Shown here one piece after another: positions 26,649 through 36,095 of a stretch of 64,000 nt of DNA. This DNA comes from Trueperaceae bacterium (GTDB taxonomy: Bacteria > Deinococcota > Deinococci > Deinococcales > Trueperaceae): NCBI GenBank assembly GCA_965213705.1, contig OZ243913.1, forward strand, positions 1,919,052 to 1,983,051. The letters are read 5' to 3'. The first letter of the stretch is position 1, and each line of letters begins with the position of its first letter. The position numbers and the translations under genes are program-made. The notes beneath the pieces are model-generated. The model had not been told where the DNA came from. It saw only the letters and a list, made by a program, of their open reading frames with translations, and made no database searches.

Positions 26649-27602
26649 ATGAGCAGAGCCGGGGCGGTCGAAAGCAAGTCTGCAGGGGCAAGCGCACTGA
26701 GCTTACCGCGCGGTTTGACGTTGGGCGAGAAGGGCAAACCCTTGGAGTCGTTTGCGGCGAGGTCGGGCGAGATGCAGCTGCTCGTGAGTGGACACGGCCC
26801 CGAAATTTTAGAATGCACGCTCAAAAAGGACGCGCGCTTGACCCTTGTCCCGCCCGACGCCGACGCCCCGCTGACCGAAACGTGGTACCTGCTGAGCGGG
26901 ACGCTGCATTGCGAGTTGTTGGGCCGGCTCTTTACAGCTGGAGACTACCTGAGCGCCGACGGGCTCGAGGCACCGGTTATTTTGACCGCGGTCAGCGACG
27001 TCCGGTTTTTGTACGTCAGCTCTCAACCATTTTTTCACGAGTTGAGCGGCAACATGAAGGACCTGACGCAGTTGGCCGTCGAGGTCGAACTCAAAGACGG
27101 GTACACGGCCGAACACTGTGCCCGGCTGCAACGACTTTCCTGTGCCACGGGTACGGTGCTCGGCCTCGGTTCGCGCCGCTTGCACCTGCTCGACTACGGC
27201 GCTTACCTGCACGACGTTGGCAAGACGAAGGTGCCGGTCGAAATCCTGCAAAAACCGACTGAGTTGACTGCCGAAGAGTGGCGTATCATCAAACAGCACC
27301 CGACTTTCGGGCGCGAACTGTTGGAGCCCACCTTTATGAGCAAGGCCGGAGAAATCGTCGAGCAGCACCACGAGCGCATGGACGGCAGTGGGTATCCTTA
27401 CGGCCTCGCCGGAGACGAGGTGTGTGCCGAGGCGTACGTTGTGGCGGTGGCCGACACCTACGACGCCATGACCACCGACCGTCCCTACCGCCAGGCGCTG
27501 AGTCCCGCAGTGGCTTTTGCGGAGTTGGACAAGTTTGCCGGTGTTCACTACCCTAAAGACGTCGTCCGGGCCTTTCGCGAGGCCGTAAGAAAAGTCGGGT
27601 AG
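26649..27602 (+). CDS. HD-GYP domain phosphodiesterase with a cupin-like N-terminal domain
   Basis: 317 aa with HDVGKTKVP, HHERMDGSGYPYGL and DTYDAMTTDRPY motifs. Confidence 0.85.
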   Translation: MSRAGAVESKSAGASALSLPRGLTLGEKGKPLESFAARSGEMQLLVSGHGPEILECTLKKDARLTLVPPDADAPLTETWYLLSGTLHCELLGRLFTAGDYLSADGLEAPVILTAVSDVRFLYVSSQPFFHELSGNMKDLTQLAVEVELKDGYTAEHCARLQRLSCATGTVLGLGSRRLHLLDYGAYLHDVGKTKVPVEILQKPTELTAEEWRIIKQHPTFGRELLEPTFMSKAGEIVEQHHERMDGSGYPYGLAGDEVCAEAYVVAVADTYDAMTTDRPYRQALSPAVAFAELDKFAGVHYPKDVVRAFREAVRKVG

Positions 27603-27669
27603 ACTTGCCCCGCCCGCTTTTTGCGCGCTGCCCGTTCTAAGCCATAGCCCTAGGGAGTACACTGGGGCT

Positions 27670-27873
27670 ATGGCTAAAGACACCCATCAAACAGAAGACA
27701 AAGTTAGCAAAGCGCCCGGTGAGGTTCGCAACAACCTACAAGTGGTGGTGCGCGTGCTGGTCGCGCTCATCATCGTCGTTATCGTGGGCGGGTTTTTGTG
27801 GGCGCTGTTTTTGCGGCCCGAACGCGTCATCGAAAATGCACAGCTTTTGCCGACGCTGAACGTTTTGCTTTAA
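27670..27873 (+). CDS. possible small single-pass membrane protein
   Basis: 67 aa with a TM segment VVVRVLVALIIVVIVGGFLWALFL and GC-rich third codon positions. The start lies inside a 10-bp-stem hairpin (about 27643-27677), so it may instead be intergenic. Confidence 0.35.
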   Translation: MAKDTHQTEDKVSKAPGEVRNNLQVVVRVLVALIIVVIVGGFLWALFLRPERVIENAQLLPTLNVLL

Positions 27874-27876
27874 AGT

Positions 27877-28302
27877 TTAAACTTCGCTTTCGGGGGTCGA
27901 CTCGAGCACCACGTCGAAGCTGATGTCGGCCTTGAGGCTGCTGGCGACCGAGCAGTATTTGTTCATGCCCAAGTCGACGAAGCGCGTCGCCGTTTTTTCG
28001 TCCAACCCCGGCACGTCGAAAATATGCGAAGCGTGAACGTGAGTGAAGTACGCAGGTCTACCCTCGGCCCGTTCGCCCACGAGTTCGATGCGGTAAGCGT
28101 TGATGGGGAGACGCCTCTTTTTAAGCATGCCGACAATGTCGATGGCGGCGCACGCCCCGACGGCGTTGAGGAGCAAGTCCATCGGGTTCATTCCCGTTTT
28201 GGCGCTCTGTTCGGCGTCTATCATCACGCGTTGCGCGTCCGGCGTGACACCGACAAAGCGCGTGCCGACGAGGTGATGAACGGTGGCGTGCTTGGTTGCC
28301 AT
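27877..28302 (-). CDS. OsmC/Ohr-family peroxiredoxin-like protein
   Basis: MATKHATVHHLVG.. with NPMDLLLNAVGACAAIDIV and KYCSVASSL (the two conserved Cys). ATG at 28302. Confidence 0.85.
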   Translation of the reverse strand: MATKHATVHHLVGTRFVGVTPDAQRVMIDAEQSAKTGMNPMDLLLNAVGACAAIDIVGMLKKRRLPINAYRIELVGERAEGRPAYFTHVHASHIFDVPGLDEKTATRFVDLGMNKYCSVASSLKADISFDVVLESTPESEV

Positions 28303-28372
28303 ACTTACAATTATGCGCTGTCGGGGCCGGGTTGTCTGTTCGAAGGCGTACACGCGCGCTACACTCGGACCT

Positions 28373-28933
28373 GTGACAAACCCCCGCACAGACGCTTCAA
28401 AAGCCGCTTGGCGCAGGTGGGCACGCGAGGTCAGGGCTACGGTAGCTCCCGTCGGCGTGCAGGTTGTGGCGCGGCTTCGTGGCTGGCCCGAGTACCGAGC
28501 GGCGCGGCACGTCCTGAGCTACCTCGCCTTTGGCAGCGAGGTGGTTCTGCACGAGCTTCACGAGGACGACAAAACGTTCTACGTCACCCGGACGGCTCAA
28601 ACGCACACCGCACTGACGGTGCACCGGTTGGACGGTGCGCTCGAGCTTCACCCTTACGGTTACATGCAACCCAGAGCCGACGCCGAGGTTGTCGAACCGC
28701 ACGTTGTCGACCTGGTACTGGTGCCGGGGCTTTGTTTTGACGTTGTGGGCACGCGCCTCGGTTACGGCAAGGGCTACTACGACCGGTTGCTGCCGGGTTT
28801 GCGGCCCGACGCGGCGCGTGTCGGGGTAAGCGCGGCGGCGCTCGTCGTGGCGAGGTTACCCCGGGAGGCTTTCGACCTGCCGATGACACACCTGGCGACC
28901 GAGTCGGGTATTTTCCAGGTGGAACCGGCCTGA
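28373..28933 (+). CDS. 5-formyltetrahydrofolate cyclo-ligase family protein
   Basis: LVLVPGLCFDVVGTRLGYGKGYYDRLL and the MTHFS-like fold pattern. The start is uncertain: GTG 28373 is chosen because it leaves promoter space against the divergent OsmC gene, and ATG 28316 is the alternative. Confidence 0.75.
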   Translation: MTNPRTDASKAAWRRWAREVRATVAPVGVQVVARLRGWPEYRAARHVLSYLAFGSEVVLHELHEDDKTFYVTRTAQTHTALTVHRLDGALELHPYGYMQPRADAEVVEPHVVDLVLVPGLCFDVVGTRLGYGKGYYDRLLPGLRPDAARVGVSAAALVVARLPREAFDLPMTHLATESGIFQVEPA

Positions 28934-29027
28934 GGAAAGTCGAACCCGAAGAGCGAGCGTTTCTGCGCGAGCCACTGCTTCGTTTTTGCTGTCAACAGCA
29001 CTTACATAAGTCGCTGAGGCTTCAACT

Positions 29028-29077
29028 TAGAGAAGCGGATGTGAGGGGAAGTCAACCTGCTCAGTCGTCTCAGTACC
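29028..29077 (+). repeat. 50-nt dispersed intergenic element, copy 1
   Basis: 38/50 ungapped identity to 47948-47997, with the exact 17-mer TCAACCTGCTCAGTCGT. Confidence 0.5.
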
Positions 29078-29266
29078 AGGGCGATAGTTCAACCTTTTCT
29101 CTCTAGCAAAAAGGGCGACCTTTTAGGCCGGGAAGTTCGAGGTGATACCCTTTGCGGTTCACGACCTCGGTCAACCCGAGCCGAAAAACCCCTTCAAGTA
29201 AATGTAGTATCGGAATCCGTATGAGGCCGCAACGAGCGTGTCTCACGTGTTGATAGGACCTCCGTA

Positions 29267-30442
29267 TCAACCGGTTTGCCGTTTTGGGAGCAGCAGCGCG
29301 GCGGGCAAACTCAGCAGGGCGGCGACGCCGCTCCACCAAAAAGCGTTTCTCAGGCCGAACCCGTCGGCCAGCAAACCCACCGCCCACACGCCCAACCCCA
29401 AAACCAAAAAGTTGAGCGCCAAAAAAGTGCCGTTGGCGAGCGCGCGGTTGTCTGGAAACTCGTCTTGAACGAGGGCCAGCAGCACCGGCGAAGGTGCCAG
29501 GGCAAAAAACCCCAACCCCACGAGCAGAGGGACAAACGCCCAAGCGGGACCGGCCAAAAAAGCGAACAAAAACAGCGGCGCGACGCCCAGCAGTGCGAAC
29601 AGGACACTCCGGCGACCCCAGCGGTCGCTCAGGGTTCCAGCGAACAGCGCGCCGACCACGCCGGCTCCTTCCAAAATGGTCAGTGAGGCGGCGGCTAGAA
29701 ACAGGCTCGAGCCCAGCACGTCTTTCATAAAAGTCGGCAAAAAGGTGGTGACGGCGCCGACCAGCAAACCTCGCCCGACCAGCAACCAGGCCAACAGCGG
29801 AAACACCCGCCGCGCCTTGGCCCAGGGCAAAAATCCTTTGCCGGCGGGCTGCGCCCTGATGTTTCGCAACCGAAAGAACAAAATCACCGATACCGCCCAG
29901 CCGACAAAAGCCAAGCGCCAAATACCCGCCAAGCCGAACAGGCCGACCGCCCCCACCGCCACCAGCGGGGCGAGGGTGCGCCCGAGTTCGCCCCCGGCCA
30001 TAAACAGGCTCATGCCCGTGCCCACGCGAGTACCCGACGTCTCGGCAATCATCGCGGGCGCGGGCGCGTGAAAACAAGCGACACTGAGACCCGCCGCGAG
30101 CAAAATAAATACGAGGACGAGGTAGCTCGGCGCGAGCCCGACAAAACTCATTAAGGTCGCGGTCACCGCAGGCGCGAAAATGACGAAGTAACGCAAACTC
30201 ACTTTGTCCGCCAACAAGCCGATAAACGGGTTCAACAAGCTGGGCAACTGCAAAAACACGGCCAGTCCGCCCAATAGGCCGTAATTCAAACTCAACTTTT
30301 CTTGTAAGTAGGGCAGCAGCGGGGCCAAAAAGGCGCTGTAGGTGTCGTGGGTAAAGTGCCCGCCGACAACCGTCATGACCTGCTCGGTCTGAAACTCGGC
30401 GGCTGGGTCGGTCGGGGCTGGGTCGGCGTGGGTTGTTTGCAT
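29267..30442 (-). CDS. MFS transporter
   Basis: 391 aa and about 12 TM segments. MFS loop motif GLLADKVSLRY. Confidence 0.85.
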   Translation of the reverse strand: MQTTHADPAPTDPAAEFQTEQVMTVVGGHFTHDTYSAFLAPLLPYLQEKLSLNYGLLGGLAVFLQLPSLLNPFIGLLADKVSLRYFVIFAPAVTATLMSFVGLAPSYLVLVFILLAAGLSVACFHAPAPAMIAETSGTRVGTGMSLFMAGGELGRTLAPLVAVGAVGLFGLAGIWRLAFVGWAVSVILFFRLRNIRAQPAGKGFLPWAKARRVFPLLAWLLVGRGLLVGAVTTFLPTFMKDVLGSSLFLAAASLTILEGAGVVGALFAGTLSDRWGRRSVLFALLGVAPLFLFAFLAGPAWAFVPLLVGLGFFALAPSPVLLALVQDEFPDNRALANGTFLALNFLVLGLGVWAVGLLADGFGLRNAFWWSGVAALLSLPAALLLPKRQTG

Positions 30443-30710
30443 GAGTTAAAGCTTATACCGAGTAGGGGAAGTCTTGCTCATTGTCCGCTTTGGGTGGTAA
30501 AGAGAGTTGGAGAACAGACGTTTGTTTTGAATCCTGAGTTTTCGTCTGAAATTTTGTAAGTATTGGTTGCGTGATGGCCGAGAAGAATTCATACAAGGAG
30601 GTCCTGTCTTCACCCCGGTAAATATACTGGTCGCAGCCTAGAGCGTCTCGACGTGCTCGACCCTGCCGTCCTTGTACCTCTCAGCCCTCCTAGGGTCTCG
30701 CCCTCTAAAA

Positions 30711-32054
30711 CTAACGCCAGTGAAAGCCGGTGCCGCGCCAGGTGGGGCGAAGTTGGCGGAAGACGTCGCGGGTGCGCCACGCGTTCGTTTCTTCGACTCG
30801 GCGCAACAGTCGCCAAGCCTGCGCCCGCGCCAGACCCGAAACGGCGAACAGCCAATAGTAGGCGTTCCAGTGAACGCCGCCCAAGTCGAACTCGAGCCTG
30901 CCGAACAGCGTCAGGAGCGGACCCGACAAGAGACCGCCCGCAAAACCGGCCAGCCCCGTAACCAGGCTGAACATGGCGATAAACGCCGCCCGGTTCGCCT
31001 GCGGCGCGCTGACCAGGGCTAGGTTGAACATAGCTGGGCCAATCGCGCCCCAGGCGAGCGCGTCGAACACGGCGCTCGCCCAAATAAAACCCAAATTGCC
31101 GGTTATGCCCGCCAAAACCCAGGTTCCGGGTAGCGCCAGACCCGCCAAAAAGGTGCCGACGGCCAACACGACCTTGTTGCCCCGCTTGTCGGCCACGCGG
31201 CCCCACAGGGTGGTCGTGACCAGGGCGGAACTTGAAGCGACGCCGCTCCACAAAGCAATCTGCGTAAAACTCAGGTGCAGTTCGCCGAGAAAGTATGGAA
31301 ACACAAAAGGTGCCGCTAAGAGCACGGCGAACTGCCAGTACACCGCAAAAACCAACAGCCGCCGAAAGTTCGGCGCGTTCAAAGGTTCTCGGAAGGTGTC
31401 GCGCAACCCCAGCGGCGTGCCCGTCACGGGCGGCTCGTAGTGCAACACGTACAAGTAAACGCCGATGCCCGCCGCCACCACCGACGCTACGATGACGGTC
31501 TGAAAGTTCAGCGGCGCGGCCACTTGGTCTAAAAACCAGCCCGCGCCCAGGTTGGCGACCGTCCCGACTACGCCGACTATTCCCGCCCGTGTTCCGAAAT
31601 AGCGGCCGCGCCGCTCGGGCGGCACCACGTCGCCCATCCAGGCCGTCCACAACGTCCCTGCGCTCGCTTGAAAAAGGCTCGAGACCATGACCAGCGCGAC
31701 CAAAAACGGCACGCTCAAAGCCCCCAACCCGAACTGCGGCAAAAACGCCGCCAACAACCACAGGCCACGCCCCAGGGTCGCCCCGGCAATGGTGAGGTAC
31801 TTTCTGCGCCCGGCCAAGGCCGCTAAGTAAGCGGCAAAGGGGCTCATCACCTGGGCCAACAGCGGCACGCTGGCAACCAGGCCGAGTTCGGTCGGCGTCG
31901 CGCCGAGAAAGAACATGTAGCCTATCAGCACGCTGCCCGAAGTCCAGTTGAGAAAAATCTGTGTAACGCTGCCTTCTAAAGTCGACAGTCGTAGAGTGCG
32001 CTCGACCGAGGTGGGGGTCGCGCTGCGGGAACGGGTGCGGAGGATTAACGCCAT
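30711..32054 (-). CDS. MFS transporter
   Basis: 447 aa and multi-TM, with motifs GDVVPPERRGRYFG and GRVADKRGNK. Confidence 0.85.
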   Translation of the reverse strand: MALILRTRSRSATPTSVERTLRLSTLEGSVTQIFLNWTSGSVLIGYMFFLGATPTELGLVASVPLLAQVMSPFAAYLAALAGRRKYLTIAGATLGRGLWLLAAFLPQFGLGALSVPFLVALVMVSSLFQASAGTLWTAWMGDVVPPERRGRYFGTRAGIVGVVGTVANLGAGWFLDQVAAPLNFQTVIVASVVAAGIGVYLYVLHYEPPVTGTPLGLRDTFREPLNAPNFRRLLVFAVYWQFAVLLAAPFVFPYFLGELHLSFTQIALWSGVASSSALVTTTLWGRVADKRGNKVVLAVGTFLAGLALPGTWVLAGITGNLGFIWASAVFDALAWGAIGPAMFNLALVSAPQANRAAFIAMFSLVTGLAGFAGGLLSGPLLTLFGRLEFDLGGVHWNAYYWLFAVSGLARAQAWRLLRRVEETNAWRTRDVFRQLRPTWRGTGFHWR

Positions 32055-32354
32055 AGCTTGCCAGTCTAGCGCCCTATTTGCGTTTGCGTAAGGGACTTTT
32101 TATCACAGGGTCGAAGATGTGAAGCACTGTGAAATAGCTCGAATATCGGGGCCGGACAAACCCGTGTCATCTTTGCGAAAGAGCTAAGGCTGGACAACGG
32201 AAACAGGCTGCACCGGAGAGCGGCCCTGAATCTCCCCAGTACACTGAGGGTTGCTTAAAATCTTGCGACAGCTTTTTTGACTCAGGGACGGTAGCTGACC
32301 TCTGATAGCAAAATCCTTACGGCGGACTCCCAGCACAGTCGGGTTCGCGCCGCC

Positions 32355-34028
32355 CTACTGACAGACGAGCACCGGCACGGTGGCGCCGCGCAGCACCTCG
32401 TTCAGAACGCCGCCCAGAAGGGGCTCGAGCACCGGGCTGTACTCGTAACTGCCCATGACGAGCAGGTCGGCGTGCTCGGAAACTTGGGTGGCGAGTAGAG
32501 CGGGTGCTACCGGACCGTCTTCAACCAGGTAGTGGGCTTGCACTCCGTGCTTTTCTAAGTAAGCTCGGGCGGGTGAGAGCGTTCGCTGGCCCGTTCTGTC
32601 GCCCTCGACGACGGCGACGACGCTCAAGCTCAGGTTCCAGCGCAGTGCCAGGTAAGTGCTGGCGAACAGGGCGATGTCGGCGCGCGGGGTTTGGTTGTAG
32701 GCAAGCAAGACTTTGCTCGGTACCCGCGCCGGCCCCGGCACCGCCAGGACGGGTCGGTGGACGCGCCGCAACACGGACTGAAACCCGCGGTCCAGGGTGA
32801 CCCCGGTCCGCAACCCGGCGCTTACCGAGGCGCTGGGCGGATACCTGAGGCTGGCGACGACCAAGTTGACCCAGCGGGCACGCTCGCCGAGCACGGCGGC
32901 GACGTTGCCTATCTCGAGCGCGAGTTGCCCCTGCACATCCGCTTCACGGCAGCGCTGCTCAAACCGTTCTTTGACGCCCAGCGCGGCCGCGCCGCGACCG
33001 GCTTCGGCGCTCGCCACGACGTGCAACCCGTAGAGGCGGCCGTGTTCGCGTTGGGCGATGACCAAGGCTTGCTCTACGGCCGCCCAGCCCGCCTCGGCGC
33101 CCGAAACGGCGACCAGAATGTCTTGGGCCAGGTAAGTCGTCGGCTTTTCGTTCCGCACCCGGCTCAACACCCGCTGTTCGCGCGCTCTGGGCGCAAGGTC
33201 CTCTTTCAGTCCCGTCGTTACGCTTTGGGGCGTAAGCGTCCAACCGAGCGAGGTCTCCAGTTCGGCGCGGTAACGGCTGAGCCACAAGTAAAGGTCGGCG
33301 GCGGTGCGACCTGGAAAGTCCTGCAACAAGTCGGACGTCTTTATGAGTTCGGCTACCGGCAAGTAGACCGTGTCGTACCAGTGGACGGCGGCTTCTTCGA
33401 ACCCTACCGGGCGCTGCTCGTTTTGCCCCAGGTAGTAGTGGTGAACACTGATGTGCTCCAAAAGCAACTCGTACTCGCCGGGCACGGTCACGCTCAGGTC
33501 GGCCTCCGGACGGTAGCGGCGGAGGTGCGTGCGCTCTAAAAAGTCTGCGTACTCAGACTTTAGAATCAAGTCGTCCAGCCCGAGGTCGGTGCTTACCGGA
33601 ACCGACGTCGCGACGTCGGTGACGTACGCCTCGATGTGACTCATGCCGAGTTGCCGCGCGACCGACACGCGGTGGTTGCCGTCTTTGACAAAGTAAGCGT
33701 CACCCATCCGGTAGACCTCGATAGGGGGGACGCCGCTGAGGCCGGTCATCGCCCGCTTGACACCGACCCAGCGGTCCTGGTCGCTGTCTTTCAGGGGCAA
33801 AAAAGCCCGGTTGAAGTCGCCGTAGCGACCCACGCTGCCGACGACGGCGTCCAGAGGAATGTCCTCACGCCGCTGCACCGCAGTTTCGACGCCGCGCAGT
33901 TTGCGCCGCACTTCTTCGTAAGGCAAAAGCTCGCTCTCTTGACCGCTCAACCGCGACAAGACACTTTGTAAGTTGGCTTTAAAACGCGCGCTGCGAAAAT
34001 CCTGCAAGGCAGAAAAAGCGTTGTCCAC
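32355..34028 (-). CDS. ParB/Srx-like N-terminal domain fused to tandem universal stress protein (UspA) domains
   Basis: 557 aa. PPIEVYRMGDAYFVKDGNHRVSVARQLG is ParB/sulfiredoxin-like. A middle helical region is followed by two USP-like alpha/beta modules ending LLVMGSYEYS..GGVLNEVLRGATVPVLVC. Confidence 0.85.
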   Translation of the reverse strand: MDNAFSALQDFRSARFKANLQSVLSRLSGQESELLPYEEVRRKLRGVETAVQRREDIPLDAVVGSVGRYGDFNRAFLPLKDSDQDRWVGVKRAMTGLSGVPPIEVYRMGDAYFVKDGNHRVSVARQLGMSHIEAYVTDVATSVPVSTDLGLDDLILKSEYADFLERTHLRRYRPEADLSVTVPGEYELLLEHISVHHYYLGQNEQRPVGFEEAAVHWYDTVYLPVAELIKTSDLLQDFPGRTAADLYLWLSRYRAELETSLGWTLTPQSVTTGLKEDLAPRAREQRVLSRVRNEKPTTYLAQDILVAVSGAEAGWAAVEQALVIAQREHGRLYGLHVVASAEAGRGAAALGVKERFEQRCREADVQGQLALEIGNVAAVLGERARWVNLVVASLRYPPSASVSAGLRTGVTLDRGFQSVLRRVHRPVLAVPGPARVPSKVLLAYNQTPRADIALFASTYLALRWNLSLSVVAVVEGDRTGQRTLSPARAYLEKHGVQAHYLVEDGPVAPALLATQVSEHADLLVMGSYEYSPVLEPLLGGVLNEVLRGATVPVLVCQ

Positions 34029-34384
34029 GGTTTACAGTCTACGCCTGAAACACGAGCTTCAGGCCAACGCTAGACACCCTCGAGGTCGTGCCAAAATCTT
34101 TGTAACATTATCTTTGTGACATCGGTTACAGCGGCCTGTCCAGCTTCAAGCATTCGTTGAAAATCCGAATTCGCAACCCCGAAAGCGCATAAGGCGGTGA
34201 GAACGAGTTCACGAAAAAGCAGGGCGGTACGGGCATTTTCTCTTAGGAAACATCAAACTTGCAACAAACGCCACGAGTCCTCGAGCTTCGCAGCCTACAA
34301 TTTCTGCGTCTCGAGTTTTTAAATTACGGCACAGGAAAATCCTGGTGGACACCTCCGGGAAGTCGGGCAAGTCTAGCTCGAGCC

Positions 34385-35011
34385 TCAGAATACCCGGTCT
34401 TCAAGAAGCGACCACACCACCTCGCCGCGCAGCAAGCCCTGGTAGACGCCTTCGACGGTCAGGTCTTCCTCGGCCACCTTCAGCGTCGGGTACTGCGGGT
34501 TGTGGGGCCGCAGGGCGTACATGCCCCGCTCCAGGTGGTCCAGGTACTTGAACGTGACTTCGCTGCCGCTGACGCGCAGGGCGCACATTTCCCCCGAGCG
34601 GGCCGGGTGGGCCTGTTTTTTGAACAGCACCACGTCGCCGTCTTGGATGAGGTCGGCCATCGAGTCGCCCTGAACGCGCAACGCGAAATGCGTTTCGTAA
34701 AAACCGACCAGCGGCAAAAAACTTTCCGCGTCCTGGACGGCTTCGGTCAGCGGACCTGCCGGAATGCTGCCCAGAACGGGAATGCCCGTGGCTTCGGCGG
34801 GTAGCTCGAGGTGAGGAGACCGGCCTCGGCCTCGGCTTTCGAAGCGCACGTATCCTTTTTTCGAAAGAGCTTCCAGGTGCTGTTTTAGGGACACGTAGTG
34901 CATCCCCAACTCACGAGCGAAAGCCGACAGGTCGGGCGTTTCGCCGGTGCGGCGTTTATAGTCGCGCAGCCTACTGAAAACTTTTTGTTGCATCGTCGAT
35001 AGTGGTTTCAT
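34385..35011 (-). CDS. lexA: LexA repressor
   Basis: 208 aa. N-terminal winged HTH, a cleavage-site region IPAGP, the Ser in VQGDSM and the Lys in VTFKYL (S24 peptidase dyad). Confidence 0.9.
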   Translation of the reverse strand: MKPLSTMQQKVFSRLRDYKRRTGETPDLSAFARELGMHYVSLKQHLEALSKKGYVRFESRGRGRSPHLELPAEATGIPVLGSIPAGPLTEAVQDAESFLPLVGFYETHFALRVQGDSMADLIQDGDVVLFKKQAHPARSGEMCALRVSGSEVTFKYLDHLERGMYALRPHNPQYPTLKVAEEDLTVEGVYQGLLRGEVVWSLLEDRVF

Positions 35012-35028
35012 TGTTTTATCACCATTCG

Positions 35029-35063
35029 CCTTAATTATTAAGGTATTATGGTCCCAATGTCAA
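35029..35063 (-). promoter_or_regulatory. candidate lexA promoter with an overlapping palindromic operator
   Basis: The minus strand has TTGACA (35058-35063). About 14-28 nt downstream lies the perfect 7-1-7 palindrome CCTTAAT-N-ATTAAGG (35029-43), which ends 17 nt before the lexA ATG. Confidence 0.4.
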
Positions 35064-35243
35064 GGAGGAACGAACACGGCGCTTGGATATCAGGGTGGGT
35101 TAGAGCCTTCAGGGCACGTCTGGAGCGGCAGAAAGGTTAAGGCTCGAGGCTGGACAAAATCCCTCGCTTCGTGCTATATTATCTGTAGCAAAGGTCATTT
35201 CGACCCCTTCCTCAACAACCTGTTACCTACGAAAGAGGTAAGT

Positions 35244-35924
35244 ATGCTACACACGTTTGAAAACTTAGTCAACCCCGGCGACTGCAACGCGACCGAAATC
35301 GTGCCCGACGCGCTCGCCCTGCCGACCCGTACCCTGGAGCCCAACGACGTTCTCTACGAGGCAGGTCGTGAGGCTGTATCGCTCTACATTGTGAACTTCG
35401 GCGTGCTCAAGGCGGTCGTGCCGACCTCGCTGGGCCGTGACCGCATCGCCGACTTGTACGGCACCGGCGACGTGCTGGGCCTGGCCGCCTTGGACGGCGG
35501 CGACCACGCCGAAACCGTCACCGCTGTTCACGAGGCTTGCCTTACCCCCATCGACCCGCACCAAGCCATGAACGACCGCAAGCTCCGCGACTACATCATG
35601 CAGAGCATGGCGCGGCAACTGCGCCGCAGCCGCGAGATGATAGACGAAGGTGAGTTGCCGGTGGGTGCCCGCGTCACCAAGGCCTTTTTGCGTCTCGCTG
35701 AACGCTTCGGACAGCCCGCCGACGACACGCCCGGTGTCAAGCTGCCGCTGGCCCTGACCCACGAAGACCTGGCCGACCTGACCGGCAGTTCGCGCGTGAC
35801 CATCACCCGAATTTTGGGCGAACTGCGCAACGGCGGCGCGCTGTCGGGTACCCGCGGCGTCTACGTCGCCGACCTCAAAGGTTTGGAGCAAGCCACCGAC
35901 AACTACGTGATGCAGGTTTTGTAA
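35244..35924 (+). CDS. Crp/Fnr-family transcriptional regulator
   Basis: 226 aa. A cNMP-binding-like N-terminal barrel and a C-terminal HTH (THEDLADLTGSSRVTITRILGELR). Confidence 0.9.
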   Translation: MLHTFENLVNPGDCNATEIVPDALALPTRTLEPNDVLYEAGREAVSLYIVNFGVLKAVVPTSLGRDRIADLYGTGDVLGLAALDGGDHAETVTAVHEACLTPIDPHQAMNDRKLRDYIMQSMARQLRRSREMIDEGELPVGARVTKAFLRLAERFGQPADDTPGVKLPLALTHEDLADLTGSSRVTITRILGELRNGGALSGTRGVYVADLKGLEQATDNYVMQVL

Positions 35925-35938
35925 GCGCGGTCGTTACC

Positions 35939-35977
35939 GAAAAGCGGCGAGCTTTAAGAAGCTCGCCGCTTTTTGTG
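35939..35977 (+). terminator. intrinsic terminator after the Crp-family gene
   Basis: GCGGCGAGC-TTTAAGAA-GCTCGCCGC followed by TTTTTGTG, with an A-run upstream. Confidence 0.8.
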
Positions 35978-36095
35978 TTGAGGCGTGGGCGAGGTTGTTC
36001 TTGCCGCTTTTTTCTCGTTCTTTTTGCTTTTGTACAAGTTGTATAAGTAAGGCAGGCCGCCGAACTCAGCGGCTCTATTTTCTATACTGCAAATC

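Noticed and set aside
29103-31761. 324-aa and 383-aa alternative-frame ORFs inside the two MFS transporter genes
   Set aside because: Off-frame, Arg/Gly-rich and with no motifs. The MFS frames give 12-TM proteins.
32188-32200. 13-nt match GGCTGGACAACGG shared with 47903-47915 as part of a dispersed element
   Set aside because: Exact 13-mers are expected by chance dozens of times in a 64-kb self-comparison, and the flanking similarity is too weak.
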